A stretch of DNA of 64,000 bases. Source: an uncultured Desulfatitalea sp. (GTDB lineage: Bacteria; Desulfobacterota; Desulfobacteria; Desulfobacterales; Desulfosarcinaceae). The stretch spans positions 2,464,001 to 2,528,000 of the forward strand of contig CAXXMB010000002.1 of NCBI GenBank assembly GCA_963668675.2, read 5' to 3'. Under the pieces are notes generated by a model that did not search any database, was not told where the DNA came from, and was given only the letters and a program-made list of their open reading frames with translations. Shown here one piece after another: positions 39,275 through 50,085 of this stretch. The translations under genes and the position numbers were made by a program. Position 1 is the stretch's first letter. Each line of letters starts with the position of its first letter.

Positions 39275-40939
39275 ATGAAGAATCATATCCGCAAACTGGT
39301 GCTGAACGCGGCGCGCAGGGCTTATGATGCCGGCGTGCTGCCATCAGAAGCGTTTCCCGAAGTAGAGATCGAAGAGCCTAAAATCGAGAGTCACGGCGAT
39401 TTTGCCACCAACTTTGCCATGCTGTCGGCCAAGATCCAGAAGATGCCGCCGCGAGGCATCGCCCAGGCCCTGGTCGAGCACATGGAAGATCCACAAGGGC
39501 ACGTGGACCGAATGGAGATCGCCGGCCCCGGATTTGTAAATTTTTTCCTCAAGCTGTCGGCCTGGCCGCCGGTGGTGGCCCATGTGCTGGCCCAGGACCG
39601 GACTTATGGCGCTTCGGAGATGGGGAAGGGAAAACGGATTCAGGTGGAGTTTGTCAGCGCCAACCCCACCGGCCCCCTGCACGTGGGCCATGGCCGCGGC
39701 GCGGCCGTGGGGGATGCGATGGCCAACATCCTGGCTTTCTGCGGCTACGATGTGCAGCGGGAGTACTACATCAACGACTCGGGACGCCAGATTCGGACCC
39801 TGGGGCGTTCGGTATTGCTGCGCTGCAGGGAGTTGCTCGGTGAGTCGGTCGATTTTCCAGATGACTGCTACCAGGGAGCATATATTCGCGTACTGGCCCG
39901 GGAGGTGATCGACGCCAAGGGTACCGATTTCATCCGTCAGGATGGAGATGCTGCCTTAAACTACTGCGCCCGCTATGCGGCGGATGCCATCTTGGCCGGA
40001 ATCCGCGCCGATCTGGAGGCTTTCGGCGTCTCCTATGACGAGTGGTACAGCGAGCAGCGGCTTTTCGATGAGGGGATGGTCGAGCAGGCCCTCGACGTGC
40101 TGAAAAGGCAAGGTGTGGTCTATGCCAAGGAGGACGCCTGGTGGTTCAACACCACCAAGTACGGCGACGAGAAGGACCGCGTCGTGGTGCGCCGGAATGG
40201 GCTCACCACCTATTTTGCCTCTGACATTGCCTACCACCGCAACAAGTTCGAGCGCGGCTTCGAGCGCGTTATCGACGTATGGGGTGCCGACCATCACGGC
40301 TACATCCCTCGCATGAATGCTGCCGTGGAGGCCACCGGGCAGCGCCGGGATCAGTTCCAGGTCATTCTGGTGCAGTTGGTCAATCTGCTTCGGGGCGGCC
40401 AGCCGGTGGCCATGTCGACCCGGGCCGGAGAGTTCGTGACGCTGGAAGAGGTGGTGGCCGAGGTGGGGTGCGATGCGGCGCGCTTTATCTTTTTGACCCG
40501 GGCTTACGACAGTCCCCTCGATTTCGATCTGGAGGTGGCAAAGCAACGGACCAACGACAACCCGGTCTACTATGTGCAGTATGTCCATGCCCGCATTGCC
40601 AGCATCCTTCGCAAGGCGCAGGAGAGCGGGGTGGATGCGGTCGCCTGGACGGATGCTGCCGGCGCCCGCTTGGTGGAACCGGAGGAGATCGCGCTGATCA
40701 GGGCGCTGGACCGCTACCCGCGGGTCGTACGAATGGCAGCCGAGACCCTGGCCCCCCACCGCATCACCTTCTACCTGATGCAACTGGCCGCACTCTTTCA
40801 TGCTTACTACAACAAGCACCGGGTGCTGGTCGAGGAGCGCGAACTGGCCGCCGGCCGTCTCTGTCTGATACTGGCGGTGCAGAAGGTGATTCGCAACGGG
40901 TTGGCGCTATTGGGTGTCGGTGCGCCGGAGAAGATGTAG
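39275..40939 (+). CDS. argS: Arginyl-tRNA synthetase
   Basis: [55 protein letters not shown]. Confidence 0.98.
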   Translation: MKNHIRKLVLNAARRAYDAGVLPSEAFPEVEIEEPKIESHGDFATNFAMLSAKIQKMPPRGIAQALVEHMEDPQGHVDRMEIAGPGFVNFFLKLSAWPPVVAHVLAQDRTYGASEMGKGKRIQVEFVSANPTGPLHVGHGRGAAVGDAMANILAFCGYDVQREYYINDSGRQIRTLGRSVLLRCRELLGESVDFPDDCYQGAYIRVLAREVIDAKGTDFIRQDGDAALNYCARYAADAILAGIRADLEAFGVSYDEWYSEQRLFDEGMVEQALDVLKRQGVVYAKEDAWWFNTTKYGDEKDRVVVRRNGLTTYFASDIAYHRNKFERGFERVIDVWGADHHGYIPRMNAAVEATGQRRDQFQVILVQLVNLLRGGQPVAMSTRAGEFVTLEEVVAEVGCDAARFIFLTRAYDSPLDFDLEVAKQRTNDNPVYYVQYVHARIASILRKAQESGVDAVAWTDAAGARLVEPEEIALIRALDRYPRVVRMAAETLAPHRITFYLMQLAALFHAYYNKHRVLVEERELAAGRLCLILAVQKVIRNGLALLGVGAPEKM

Positions 40940-40944
40940 AAAAA

Positions 40945-41012
40945 TAAGTATGAAAGCAGGAAAATGGGAAAGTATGAAAGTAGGAAAGTGACGGTATTCT
41001 GCCGATTTTACG
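40945..41012 (+). repeat. 8-mer array plus GGTATTCTG core (orphan half-site)
   Basis: TAAGTATG AAAGCAGG AAAATGGG AAAGTATG AAAGTAGG AAAGTGAC GGTATTCTGCCGATTTTACG; matches 53988-54047. Confidence 0.8.
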
Positions 41013-41080
41013 ATGGCAATTGAATATGTGCCTCCCTTGTGTCTATTCTGGATCCCGGTCTGCTTGAAAGGGTTGATTGC

Positions 41081-41794
41081 GTGGCCAAAAGCGAATTAAA
41101 ACCGGCGTTTCAACTTACCCGCAAGGGGCTTTGTGTTTGGGGCGGATTGGTCTTTTTTGTGATGGGATGGATGTTCATCCTCGGTATCCTTGTCGGACGG
41201 GGTACCGCACCGATCCCCTTGAAGGCGCATGAACTGGAGCAGGAGCTGAAAGCGCGCAAAGAGACCGTGCTGAAGAAACAGCAGGATGAGATCGATGCAA
41301 GGGTCAAGCAGGGGGATGCGCCGGCGGCGGAGCTGGGCTTCTATGAAGCGCTGAAAAAACCGCCAGCAGAAACCCAGCGCAGGATCGCATCGTCACCGAA
41401 ACCTGCGCAGAAGCCGGCCTCTTCGGCCAAGCCACCGGCGACGAAACCGGCACCGGCCAGGCCGGCTGAGCGGACGGTCGCTCCAAAGCCCGCGCCTCCG
41501 CCTCCGCCTCCGGTGGCCGCCAAACCTGCCCCGGCTGCGAAACCCGCACCAGCCGCCAGAGGGCGATTTACCATCCAGGTCGGCGCGTTCAGAGAGGCCG
41601 ACAGTGCAGATGCGCTGGTGAATCGATTGCGACAAAAAGGGCATGCCGCCTATCACCTGCGTACGGAAGTGCCGGGAAAGGGCGTTTGGTACCGGGTGCG
41701 TGTGGGCGCCTTCGACTCCCGGTCGGCAGCCGACGCCAAACTGGTGCGACTCAGAGGCGATAAGATAAAGGGCATGGTGATCGGCACGCCCTGA
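41081..41794 (+). CDS. SPOR-domain cell division protein (FtsN/DedD-like)
   Basis: One TM helix, Pro/Ala/Lys-rich linker, FTIQVGAF...WYRVRVG. Located after argS. Confidence 0.85.
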   Translation: MAKSELKPAFQLTRKGLCVWGGLVFFVMGWMFILGILVGRGTAPIPLKAHELEQELKARKETVLKKQQDEIDARVKQGDAPAAELGFYEALKKPPAETQRRIASSPKPAQKPASSAKPPATKPAPARPAERTVAPKPAPPPPPPVAAKPAPAAKPAPAARGRFTIQVGAFREADSADALVNRLRQKGHAAYHLRTEVPGKGVWYRVRVGAFDSRSAADAKLVRLRGDKIKGMVIGTP

Positions 41795-41890
41795 TCGCAT
41801 CACCTTTCGCCTTTACACGACAGGTCCGACGTGGTTAGTAATTGGCTTGGCTCTATCGTTAGTTTGATCCTGAAGATTAGGGAGCGGTAA

Positions 41891-42178
41891 ATGAAGATAA
41901 CGGCCGAACAAGTGATGCATGTCGCCCGATTGGCCCGCCTGGAGATCGAACCCGGGTCGGTTGACAAGCTGGCTCAGCAGGTTGCCACCATTTTGGACTA
42001 TGTCGATACCCTGGCCCAGGTCGATACCGAGGGGGTGCCGCCCACCACCCATGCCATCGATTTGACCAATGCATTTCGGGATGACGAGCCCCATGGCCAT
42101 CTGGCGCCCGATGAGGCCCTGGCCAATGCGCCGGTCAAGGAGAACGCCAGCTTCGTCGTTCCCAAGGTGATTGGATAA
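41891..42178 (+). CDS. gatC: Asp/Glu-tRNA amidotransferase subunit C
   Basis: VMHVARLARL, VDTEGVPPT, LANAP...FVVPKVI. Confidence 0.95.
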   Translation: MKITAEQVMHVARLARLEIEPGSVDKLAQQVATILDYVDTLAQVDTEGVPPTTHAIDLTNAFRDDEPHGHLAPDEALANAPVKENASFVVPKVIG

Positions 42179-42280
42179 CATTCGGCGGCCGGAGACCGAG
42201 GAGGCGTGAACAAAGGGCCTCTCTTTGTTTCGTTCCTCCCCCAAGCGTTAACATTGGCGACAGATGTGGTGTGACATACA

Positions 42281-42658
42281 ATGAGTTTCAAGGTTTGCCC
42301 AAAATGTAACGTACAGTGGACCACACGGGACCACTTTCTGGCCGATCCTGAGCTGAAACTGATCGGTTATCAGGTCAATTTCAAGCAGCTCAAGACGGGC
42401 ATCGTGCTGTTCAACCACTCCTGCAGGACAACCTTGGCGCTATACGTGGTTGATTTTCAGGACCTGTATGACGGGCCGGTGTTTGTGGAGCGCGCCACCG
42501 GCAGCGACGACTGCCCGGGTATGTGTCTGCACGAGGAGGATTTGTCACCCTGCCCTGCTCGCTGCGAGTGCGCCTTCGTACGTCATGTTCTGAAGGTGAT
42601 TTCAGACTGGCCCAAAATTCCGCAAAAGAGCGTTTTGCAAGAACAAATTGGATCCTGA
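42281..42658 (+). CDS. Cys-rich hypothetical protein
   Basis: CPKC...NHSC...CPGMC...CPARCEC; 125 aa. Confidence 0.7.
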   Translation: MSFKVCPKCNVQWTTRDHFLADPELKLIGYQVNFKQLKTGIVLFNHSCRTTLALYVVDFQDLYDGPVFVERATGSDDCPGMCLHEEDLSPCPARCECAFVRHVLKVISDWPKIPQKSVLQEQIGS

Positions 42659-42705
42659 GCGACTGTTTTCGCACAAAAAACCAAATCGATCTGGAGTTCG
42701 TCAAG

Positions 42706-44169
42706 ATGAGTTTGCACACCCTGACCATTGCCCGGGCCCGCGATCTGCTCGAACATAAGGAGATCTCCTCGGTCGAGTTGACCCGGGCCGTGCTGGAACG
42801 CATTCAGCAGGCCGACCCGCTCGTCCACTCCTATCTGACCGTCATTGCCGATCAGGCTCTGGAGCAGGCGGCCAGGGCGGACGAAGAGATTGCCCGGGGC
42901 CGTATGGCGCCCCTCACCGGCATTCCCATCGCCATCAAGGATGTGCTCTGCACCAAAGGGGTGCGCACCACCTGCGGGTCACGCATCCTGGAGGGGTTTG
43001 TGCCCCCCTACGACGCCTTTGTGGTGCAGCGACTCAAAGACCAGGGGGCCGTGCTGGTGGGCAAGTTGAACATGGATGAGTTTGCCATGGGATCGACCAC
43101 CGAACACTCCGCCTACCAGGTGACCCGCAATCCCTGGAACAGGGAGTGTATCCCGGGCGGGTCCAGCGGAGGGTCAGCCGCTGCAGTCGCTGCCGACATG
43201 TGCCTCGCCTCTCTGGGATCGGATACCGGCGGCTCCATCCGCCAGCCGGCCTCCCACTGTGGCGTGGTGGGGCTGAAACCGACCTACGGTCGCGTTTCGC
43301 GTTTCGGCCTGGTCGCCTTCGCCTCCTCCCTGGACCAGATCGGGCCGTTGAGCAAAACCGTAGCCGACAGCGCCTGGATGCTGCAGGCCATTGCGGGACA
43401 CGACCCGGCCGATTCCACCTGCGCGCCCCAACCGGTGCCCGATTACAGCGCTGCGCTCAGCCGCGGTGTAGAGGGCCTCAAAATCGGCATCCCCGAAGCC
43501 CACTTCGACACGCCGGGCCTGGATCCGGAAGTGGCCGCCACGGTGATGAAGGCCATCGATACCTTGAAAGCGCTTGGCGCCCAAACCGTGCCGGTAGAGT
43601 TGCCCCATACCGAATATGGTGTCGCCGCTTACTACGTGATCGCACCGTCTGAGGCCAGCTCCAATCTGGCCCGCTACGATGGCGTCAAATACGGCCTGCG
43701 CAACGTGGAGGCCGGCGACGACCTGATCACCATGTACCGTCGCACCCGCTCCCAGGGATTCGGCCAGGAGGTGCAGCGCCGCATCTTGCTGGGAACCTAT
43801 GCCCTCTCCGCCGGCTATTACGACGCTTACTATCGCAAGGCGTCCCAGGTGCGCACTTTGATCATGCGCGATTTCAGCAGCGCCTTCGAGTGTTGCGATC
43901 TTATCGCCTCGCCGGTGACGCCGACCCCGGCACCGCCCATCGGCGCCCATGTGGACGATCCCCTGGCCATGTACCTGACCGACGTCTATACCCTGCCGGC
44001 CAACCTGGCCGGTATCCCCGGTATTTCGGTGCCGTGCGGCTTTTCGAGCAGCGGCCTGCCGATCGGCCTGCAACTCATGGCCGGCCACTTCCAGGAGGAG
44101 CGGCTGCTGACAGCGGCCCACGCCTTCGAGCAGGCTACGGAATTTCATAAATTGCGACCGGAGATGTGA
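42706..44169 (+). CDS. gatA: Asp/Glu-tRNA amidotransferase subunit A
   Basis: [43 protein letters not shown]. Confidence 0.97.
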   Translation: MSLHTLTIARARDLLEHKEISSVELTRAVLERIQQADPLVHSYLTVIADQALEQAARADEEIARGRMAPLTGIPIAIKDVLCTKGVRTTCGSRILEGFVPPYDAFVVQRLKDQGAVLVGKLNMDEFAMGSTTEHSAYQVTRNPWNRECIPGGSSGGSAAAVAADMCLASLGSDTGGSIRQPASHCGVVGLKPTYGRVSRFGLVAFASSLDQIGPLSKTVADSAWMLQAIAGHDPADSTCAPQPVPDYSAALSRGVEGLKIGIPEAHFDTPGLDPEVAATVMKAIDTLKALGAQTVPVELPHTEYGVAAYYVIAPSEASSNLARYDGVKYGLRNVEAGDDLITMYRRTRSQGFGQEVQRRILLGTYALSAGYYDAYYRKASQVRTLIMRDFSSAFECCDLIASPVTPTPAPPIGAHVDDPLAMYLTDVYTLPANLAGIPGISVPCGFSSSGLPIGLQLMAGHFQEERLLTAAHAFEQATEFHKLRPEM

Positions 44170-44174
44170 TTACG

Positions 44175-44354
44175 ATGACCATCCAACCCGATGGAGAGAA
44201 CATTCGCAAGGCGGTCAAGTGGTTCAGCGCCGAACGTCAGGAACGTCCTGAAGCCCCTGTCATCAAGCTGGTTGATGAGGCGTGTCTGAAATTCAATCTT
44301 TCGCCTAAGGAGGCCGAGTATTTGGATCACCTGGCCAGGGGTGATACCCTGTAG
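44175..44354 (+). CDS. Small hypothetical protein
   Basis: GGAGA RBS; compact helical 59-aa ORF filling the gatA-mutL gap. Confidence 0.65.
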   Translation: MTIQPDGENIRKAVKWFSAERQERPEAPVIKLVDEACLKFNLSPKEAEYLDHLARGDTL

Positions 44355-44421
44355 GGCGCTTGAGCTTGAATGGGTTCGTCTTTTTGCATCCCGCTCTTGA
44401 TCTTCAACCAAGGACACCTCC

Positions 44422-46278
44422 ATGCCCCCCATTCGCATCCTGCCTGACATTCTGGCCAACAAGATCGCTGCCGGCGAGGTGGTCGAACGGCCGGCTTCGG
44501 TGGTCAAGGAGCTGGTGGAGAATGCCCTGGATGCCGGCGGCGAACGGATCACCGTCGAAATCGAAAACGGTGGGCGCTCGCTCATCCAGGTGGCCGACAA
44601 CGGCACCGGCATGGGTCACGATGATGCCCTGCTGGCCCTGGAGCGCTTTGCCACCAGTAAGCTTTACAGCGATGAGGACCTGGCGGCCATTCGCACCTTG
44701 GGGTTCCGGGGCGAGGCCCTGCCGAGCATAGCGGCGGTATCGCATCTGACCCTGACCACCCGTGCCCGTGAGAATGAGAGCGGTGTCGAGGTAAGGATCC
44801 GGGGGGGCAAGATGGTTCAGGTCACCGAAACCGGAGCGCCCCAGGGCACGCTGGTGCGCGTGGAGCGGCTTTTTTTCAATACCCCGGCCCGACGCAAGTT
44901 CCTCAAAAGCACCGGCACCGAGATGGGCCACATCGCCGATCACGTGGCCGGCATGGCCCTGGGATATCCCCAGGTGCATTTCAAACTCATCCACAACGGA
45001 AAACAGGTCAAGCAGTGGACCCGGACGACCGATCCTGCCGTGCGCGCAGCCGATGTGATGGGACGGATCACACGTGAAGACCTGGTCGATTTGAACAGCG
45101 AGCCCGGGTTGAACAGCGAGGCTGGGCTGAACAGCGAGGCTGGGCCGCTGCGTCTGAGCGGCTTTCTGGCGCCGGCCCGCATGGCGCGCGGCACCTCCCG
45201 GGGCACCTACCTGTTCGTCAACGGCCGCCGGGTGCGGGACCGGGTCATCCAGCACGCCCTCTTCGAAGGCTTCCGCGGCCGGCTGATGAAGGGGCAGTTT
45301 CCGCGGGCGGTCCTCTTTCTGAAGATCCCGTTCGACCAGGTCGATGTCAATGTGCATCCGACCAAACACGAGATCCGCTTTGTCGATCAGCGGCGGGTAC
45401 ACGCCCTGGTGCAGCAGTCGGTGGCCGGCGCCCTCGCCAGGGCTGATCGCAGGATATGGGCCGGCGCCGGCAGTGAAGTAACGCGTACCGCCGTGGCGGA
45501 GCCTGAATCGGCCTATGCGCCCTCCGATCCACCGGCATGGACACCGATTTCGCCCAGCCGACCCGTTCGAGCCGCCCCGCCCAAACCGGAGGCGGACGGG
45601 AACCACTCCGATTTCCCCCCTTCGTCTGCTAAAGCAGTTGCGCAACCGGCGCTGGCAACTGAACCGCCGAGGGGCCAGCAGCCGCTGTGGAGCGGCCGCC
45701 GCTTTACGGATCTGACCGTCATCGGTCAGTTCCGGGGCACCTACATCCTCTGCCAGGACGGTGACGATCTGATCCTCATCGATCAGCACGCGGCCCACGA
45801 GCGCATCGTCTACGAGCGCCTCTCCCGTGTCGGGCGACGCATCGAGGCGCAGCATCTGCTGATGCCGGAAACCGTCGAACTCGGTTTTGCCGAGGCCCGG
45901 ATGCTCGAGCAGTTGATCGAAGGCCTCAACGATCTGGGCCTGGAGGTAGAGCCCTTTGGCGGTACAACCTTCGTGGTCAAGACCGTACCGACGGTTTTGG
46001 GTGATGAAGATGTCGGCCGGCTGGTGACCGACCTGGCCGAACGCAGCACGGAGATCGGCATGGGCGCAGGCGTCGAACGCATCCTGGATGCCTGTCGTAT
46101 GGTGATGGCGTGTCACAATGCGGTGAGGGCCAAACAGCACCTGGCCGAACCGCAAATACGCCACCTCCTCGAGGAGCTCGACCGTTGCGAGCACCCCTCA
46201 AATTGCCCTCACGGACGTCCCACGTGGATTCGCTGGACCCTGCGCGACCTGGAAAAGGCGTTCGGGCGGGTGGTTTGA
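44422..46278 (+). CDS. mutL: DNA mismatch repair endonuclease MutL
   Basis: NKIAAGEVVERPASVVKELVENALDA, GFRGEAL, DVNVHPTK; endonuclease motifs DQHAAHERIVYE, ACH, CPHGRP. Confidence 0.98.
   Translation: MPPIRILPDILANKIAAGEVVERPASVVKELVENALDAGGERITVEIENGGRSLIQVADNGTGMGHDDALLALERFATSKLYSDEDLAAIRTLGFRGEALPSIAAVSHLTLTTRARENESGVEVRIRGGKMVQVTETGAPQGTLVRVERLFFNTPARRKFLKSTGTEMGHIADHVAGMALGYPQVHFKLIHNGKQVKQWTRTTDPAVRAADVMGRITREDLVDLNSEPGLNSEAGLNSEAGPLRLSGFLAPARMARGTSRGTYLFVNGRRVRDRVIQHALFEGFRGRLMKGQFPRAVLFLKIPFDQVDVNVHPTKHEIRFVDQRRVHALVQQSVAGALARADRRIWAGAGSEVTRTAVAEPESAYAPSDPPAWTPISPSRPVRAAPPKPEADGNHSDFPPSSAKAVAQPALATEPPRGQQPLWSGRRFTDLTVIGQFRGTYILCQDGDDLILIDQHAAHERIVYERLSRVGRRIEAQHLLMPETVELGFAEARMLEQLIEGLNDLGLEVEPFGGTTFVVKTVPTVLGDEDVGRLVTDLAERSTEIGMGAGVERILDACRMVMACHNAVRAKQHLAEPQIRHLLEELDRCEHPSNCPHGRPTWIRWTLRDLEKAFGRVV
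45091..45144 (+). repeat. In-frame 18-bp triplication in mutL
   Basis: TTGAACAGCGAGCCCGGG / TTGAACAGCGAGGCTGGG / CTGAACAGCGAGGCTGGG, encoding LNSEPG-LNSEAG-LNSEAG. Confidence 0.9.
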
Positions 46279-46516
46279 GTTGGTTGAGTTGGTTGTGTTT
46301 CTTGGGTTGGTTGGGTTGGTTGTGTTTCTTGGGTTCGTTGGGTTGGTTGGGTTTCTTGGGTTCGTTGAGTTGACAGTCCCCAATGGGGCAGTAAAGCAGT
46401 CACACCCCCATATGAAGTATTCCCCACCAACCCAATAAACTCAACAAACCCAACCAACCCAACGAGCTCAATATACTCAATAAACCCAAAAAACTATCCG
46501 ACTCAAAAAACTCAAA
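46275..46516. repeat. Inverted pair of degenerate 9-mer tandem arrays
   Basis: 11 x TTGDGTTNN (46275-46373), ~53-bp spacer, then ~10 x NNAACYCAA (46427-46516). Confidence 0.9.
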
Positions 46517-46521
46517 ACCAC

Positions 46522-46550
46522 TTGACTTATACTTTTAACCTTGATAGCTT
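46522..46550 (+). promoter_or_regulatory. Probable sigma70 promoter of the porin gene
   Basis: TTGACT-17 bp-TAGCTT with TG extension. Confidence 0.55.
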
Positions 46551-46754
46551 CGTCATATTATTGTGTGGCCGAATGTAATTGATAACTGCCAATTAACTGA
46601 ACGAGGCCCAATATCCAATTGATGCGAACGATACCGAACGTCTCGAAAGGAACCTATTTGGGAAGCAAAGTCTATTGGCGGCGTCAAGCTGCGTTCGGCC
46701 ATTGTTGTTTTATTGGTTTGGTTTTCTTTTAACCTGTCTTAAGGAGGACAACAG

Positions 46755-47909
46755 ATGAAGAAACTATTGGTAATTCTTTTGGTGCTGGGGTTGGCAGCCC
46801 CGGCAATGGCAAGTGACTGGTATTTCTATGGCAGCGCAAGAACCCATTTGGGGTACTATATGGTCGATGAGGACTTTGCTACCGGGCCTGCCACCGATCC
46901 CAGCATTGGATCAAACGGCCTGGACGATGATTCGGGTACGACCTTAAACCTTTACGGCCAGAGCCGTTTCGGAGGAAAAGCGGTTGTTTCCGATAATTTT
47001 TCAGGCGGTTTTGAATTCGGTCTAAGAGAGACTGGCACTGGAGGAGAAGAGGAAGCCGTTTATTTGCGTTTGATCTACGGCACCTGGAATTTTGGTGCCG
47101 GCAAACTCATGGTCGGTAAACACTATACGCCAGCCACCTTCCTTGGATACTCTGGAATGGGTGCCGACCTGGGCGACAATGGCGATGCCAACATGCTGGT
47201 TGCCGGTCTGGCCTATATCGGCCGTCAGCCCCAGATTCGCCTGAGCTTCGGCTCTTTTGACATTGCCTTGATTCAACCCAACACTAGTGCCAATGACCTG
47301 GGCGCCGGCGATATTGATTTTACCTTTCCGCGCATCGAAGCGGCCTACGTATTTAAAACACCCGTAGTCTCCATTCGTCCGATCGCTGCTTTTCAGACCT
47401 ACAAAGCTGAGGATCAAACGACAGGTGATGACGAAACGATTATGAGCTATACGCTTGGTTTGGGTGTTAGTGCAACACTAGGGCCGGCTTACATCAAGGC
47501 AACCTTTTCTTATCTCCAAAACCCCGGCAACTATGGCGACACCAACCTGTTGGTGCTGGATGCTTTGCGTGTAGGCGCCGGTAACGCTCAATTCATCAAC
47601 GGCGACGTTGAGGATGCCGAAGAGATGCAGGGCACTTTCGTGGTCGGCGTGAAGCTTAACAAGGCGTTCGGTTTGGAAGCCGGTGTCGGCTACGGCAGTC
47701 TCGAACAAGACGTTGCAGTGCTAGGTGGCGCCACCGTCAAGCAGACTGGCTTTGTGTATTACCTTCAGGCCCCCATCGGTTTGGCCAAGGGCGTGACCCT
47801 TATTCCCGAAATCGGCATGATGGATCGTGATGATTACGAAATTGGCGGAGTTGACGTGCCGGCTGGTGATATGACATACGTCGATGTGAATTTCCGAGTC
47901 GATTTCTAA
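46755..47909 (+). CDS. Outer-membrane porin-like beta-barrel protein
   Basis: AAGGAGG RBS, signal peptide ending AMA, SRFG motif, amphipathic beta strands, C-terminal Phe. Confidence 0.8.
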   Translation: MKKLLVILLVLGLAAPAMASDWYFYGSARTHLGYYMVDEDFATGPATDPSIGSNGLDDDSGTTLNLYGQSRFGGKAVVSDNFSGGFEFGLRETGTGGEEEAVYLRLIYGTWNFGAGKLMVGKHYTPATFLGYSGMGADLGDNGDANMLVAGLAYIGRQPQIRLSFGSFDIALIQPNTSANDLGAGDIDFTFPRIEAAYVFKTPVVSIRPIAAFQTYKAEDQTTGDDETIMSYTLGLGVSATLGPAYIKATFSYLQNPGNYGDTNLLVLDALRVGAGNAQFINGDVEDAEEMQGTFVVGVKLNKAFGLEAGVGYGSLEQDVAVLGGATVKQTGFVYYLQAPIGLAKGVTLIPEIGMMDRDDYEIGGVDVPAGDMTYVDVNFRVDF

Positions 47910-47953
47910 GTTTCTAAGCCGCATTAAAGAAAACTATCGTTATAGTGCAGATA

Positions 47954-47990
47954 ATAAACCAGGGCGCATAAGCGCCCTGGTTTATTTATT
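47954..47990. terminator. Bidirectional intrinsic terminator
   Basis: ATAAACCAGGGCGC-ATAA-GCGCCCTGGTTTAT with T-rich flank. Confidence 0.85.
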
Positions 47991-48300
47991 AGTGGAAAAT
48001 AAGAGGTTAAGCTACGGGACGAAGCATGACACTAAGATTACCTCCCACCTTATTCAATACGCCAACTTTATTATAACCTGCCCGGTGCTCTAAGAAGTTT
48101 ACGCAGTGTGGGCTTCTTCCTATTAAACTTGCTGCCGCTAATTGGTCCTTTTTGAAAAAGAGGGACTTTTTTGTTGAATCGTAGTGCTTTCAATAGAACA
48201 ATCGAATGCGTGATACAGATTATGAATAAAGCCTTTTCCTCACTCAAGCTTCATTGAGAGAGCCGGCAAACCTATACGTATGTATAGATAGGATAAAGCT

Positions 48301-50085
48301 TTATTTGGCAGGAAGATTCAAATCAAAAGCGATTAATGTGCTGCGCGCATCGGTAAAGATGATTGCCCCTTCTTTAGAAATGACTGCCGCCAATATCTCT
48401 GTGGTTCCATCGTTGTCAAAATCGGCAACTACAAAATCTTGAACCCGTCCGGAGAGTTGGCGTGTCTGCCAGGCTGGTACTAATCCCAATCCATCCCAAC
48501 GCAGTGCCACGATGTGGGATTTTGAAAAGTATCGCTGAGTTTCGAGCACGCGACCAGTGCTGCCGTGATTTTTAGCAGTGAGCACTTCGAATTGTCCGTC
48601 GTGGTTAAAATCAATCGCGCGCAGTCGGATAGGCAGGTAAGAGTTTGAATATTGCTGGTCCGGTGAGGTGGGTGGGGCGGCAAAGTAGAGTGTAGTTCCA
48701 CCAAACTTATCTTCACTTCTCCATTCCGTCTTGCCGTTCGGCAGCATGACGCGCAGATGATCCCTTGGGCCTAAAATGATGATGCTTTTTTCTTGCGCCT
48801 CAGTAATGTCGCCAATAGTGAGCCCCAAAACGTTTGCTTTTCGGCTTGGTAGGATTTTTCGGACAGGTTCGTAATTGACTCCTTTCCATTCCATTTCGAA
48901 AATTGCGCCGAAAAAGGGGTCACTCCCGGCGCTCTGGGACTGGCCAATTAATCGGGATCCTAAGTGAGCATCTTGAATGACATTGTAGTAATAGTTGGTG
49001 CCTTCGACAATGGGCCGATATTGGCTGCCATCGTATTCCAGCACCGATGATTGCAGGGCATCCATAGCGACGGTAAACGCTGTTACGAAGATCTCCAGGG
49101 TGCCGTTGCCGTTGATATCGCCGATGCTGACGCTGATGTTACGCACCCAGCGGCTGGTTTCGATTTCCGCCACTGTTTGTTGGCGTCCTTGGGCAAATCG
49201 GTAAATCATGACTTTTTCGGGCATGGCCACCACGGTTTCCATCTGGCCGTCACCGTCCACATCGCCCACATCGATCCCGTTGATAAGTGCGGGGTAGTTG
49301 CGGCTTTTCCAGAAACCGACTTGTCCCTGTGTCTGCATACCTGGGCTGGTGATGAAGGCCGGGTTCAACTGGTTGACCGGGGGGCTGCCGGTCGGCGCAG
49401 CTGTTTGAGATGCGACGAGGGGGCTCTCCATGCGTTGGTTAGGAACCGCCGCTCTTCCACTCTGAATCAATTTCTCCGGATGCATGTGGATATCGGGCGG
49501 CGAGGGTTGGAACGGTGCCGGCGTGGGTGGCATTGCGGCCACCGCAGTTGGGGCCGTCACTGCGGCTTTGTTCGAAGCCGGCGGTTCGATGCCGAAGGCT
49601 TGTCGGTTGATATCGGCCGCCATCAGATTGATCTGACCGATGACGTTGCCCATCCCCTGAGTCTGTTTGAAGAAGGTGAGCGGCGGATTTACGCCGGTGA
49701 CGTCGATCATCTTGGCGTCGATGCTGACACTGTCGCCCAGAACGGTAAGGCTTCCGTGGATCGTGCGATCGGCGTTCAATTTGAGACCCACCTGCCGGAC
49801 CAAATCGTCTCCGCTGGCGTTTTGGGCCGCTGCAACGGCTTCGTCCGTGGCGACCGGGTCGATCACGGTTACCTTGCCCGGATCAGACAGGCGCGAGGTC
49901 AACATCTGGACGATGCCTTCCTGCAGAAAGGTGTAGTCTTTATCCGCATGGATCGCAAACGGCAGGATCGCTATTTTGACAGGTTCAGCCATAGCGATCG
50001 TGGGTATAATGGAGAATAAAACGATATAGATGAAGATTTTATAAAGACGGCAGTGTGCTTTCAAAGTGTGCTCCTTTTTACCCAT
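48301..50085 (-). CDS. Exported FG-GAP/VCBS-repeat protein with TolB-N-like N-terminal domain
   Basis: Signal peptide; KIAILPF domain; repeats [39 protein letters not shown]. Confidence 0.8.
   Translation of the reverse strand: MGKKEHTLKAHCRLYKIFIYIVLFSIIPTIAMAEPVKIAILPFAIHADKDYTFLQEGIVQMLTSRLSDPGKVTVIDPVATDEAVAAAQNASGDDLVRQVGLKLNADRTIHGSLTVLGDSVSIDAKMIDVTGVNPPLTFFKQTQGMGNVIGQINLMAADINRQAFGIEPPASNKAAVTAPTAVAAMPPTPAPFQPSPPDIHMHPEKLIQSGRAAVPNQRMESPLVASQTAAPTGSPPVNQLNPAFITSPGMQTQGQVGFWKSRNYPALINGIDVGDVDGDGQMETVVAMPEKVMIYRFAQGRQQTVAEIETSRWVRNISVSIGDINGNGTLEIFVTAFTVAMDALQSSVLEYDGSQYRPIVEGTNYYYNVIQDAHLGSRLIGQSQSAGSDPFFGAIFEMEWKGVNYEPVRKILPSRKANVLGLTIGDITEAQEKSIIILGPRDHLRVMLPNGKTEWRSEDKFGGTTLYFAAPPTSPDQQYSNSYLPIRLRAIDFNHDGQFEVLTAKNHGSTGRVLETQRYFSKSHIVALRWDGLGLVPAWQTRQLSGRVQDFVVADFDNDGTTEILAAVISKEGAIIFTDARSTLIAFDLNLPAK

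Noticed and set aside
44404..46194. Long antisense ORFs (e.g. 44404-46194, 61213-62724, 22258-23544, 34829-36127)
   Set aside because: These are shadows of well-supported opposite-strand genes in GC-rich DNA and show no recognisable motifs.
46275..46516. CRISPR array or repeat-protein ORFs (46110-46373, 46198-46383, 46209-46457)
   Set aside because: Units are 9-bp tandem repeats without spacers and no cas genes are present. The ORFs are low-complexity translations of the arrays.
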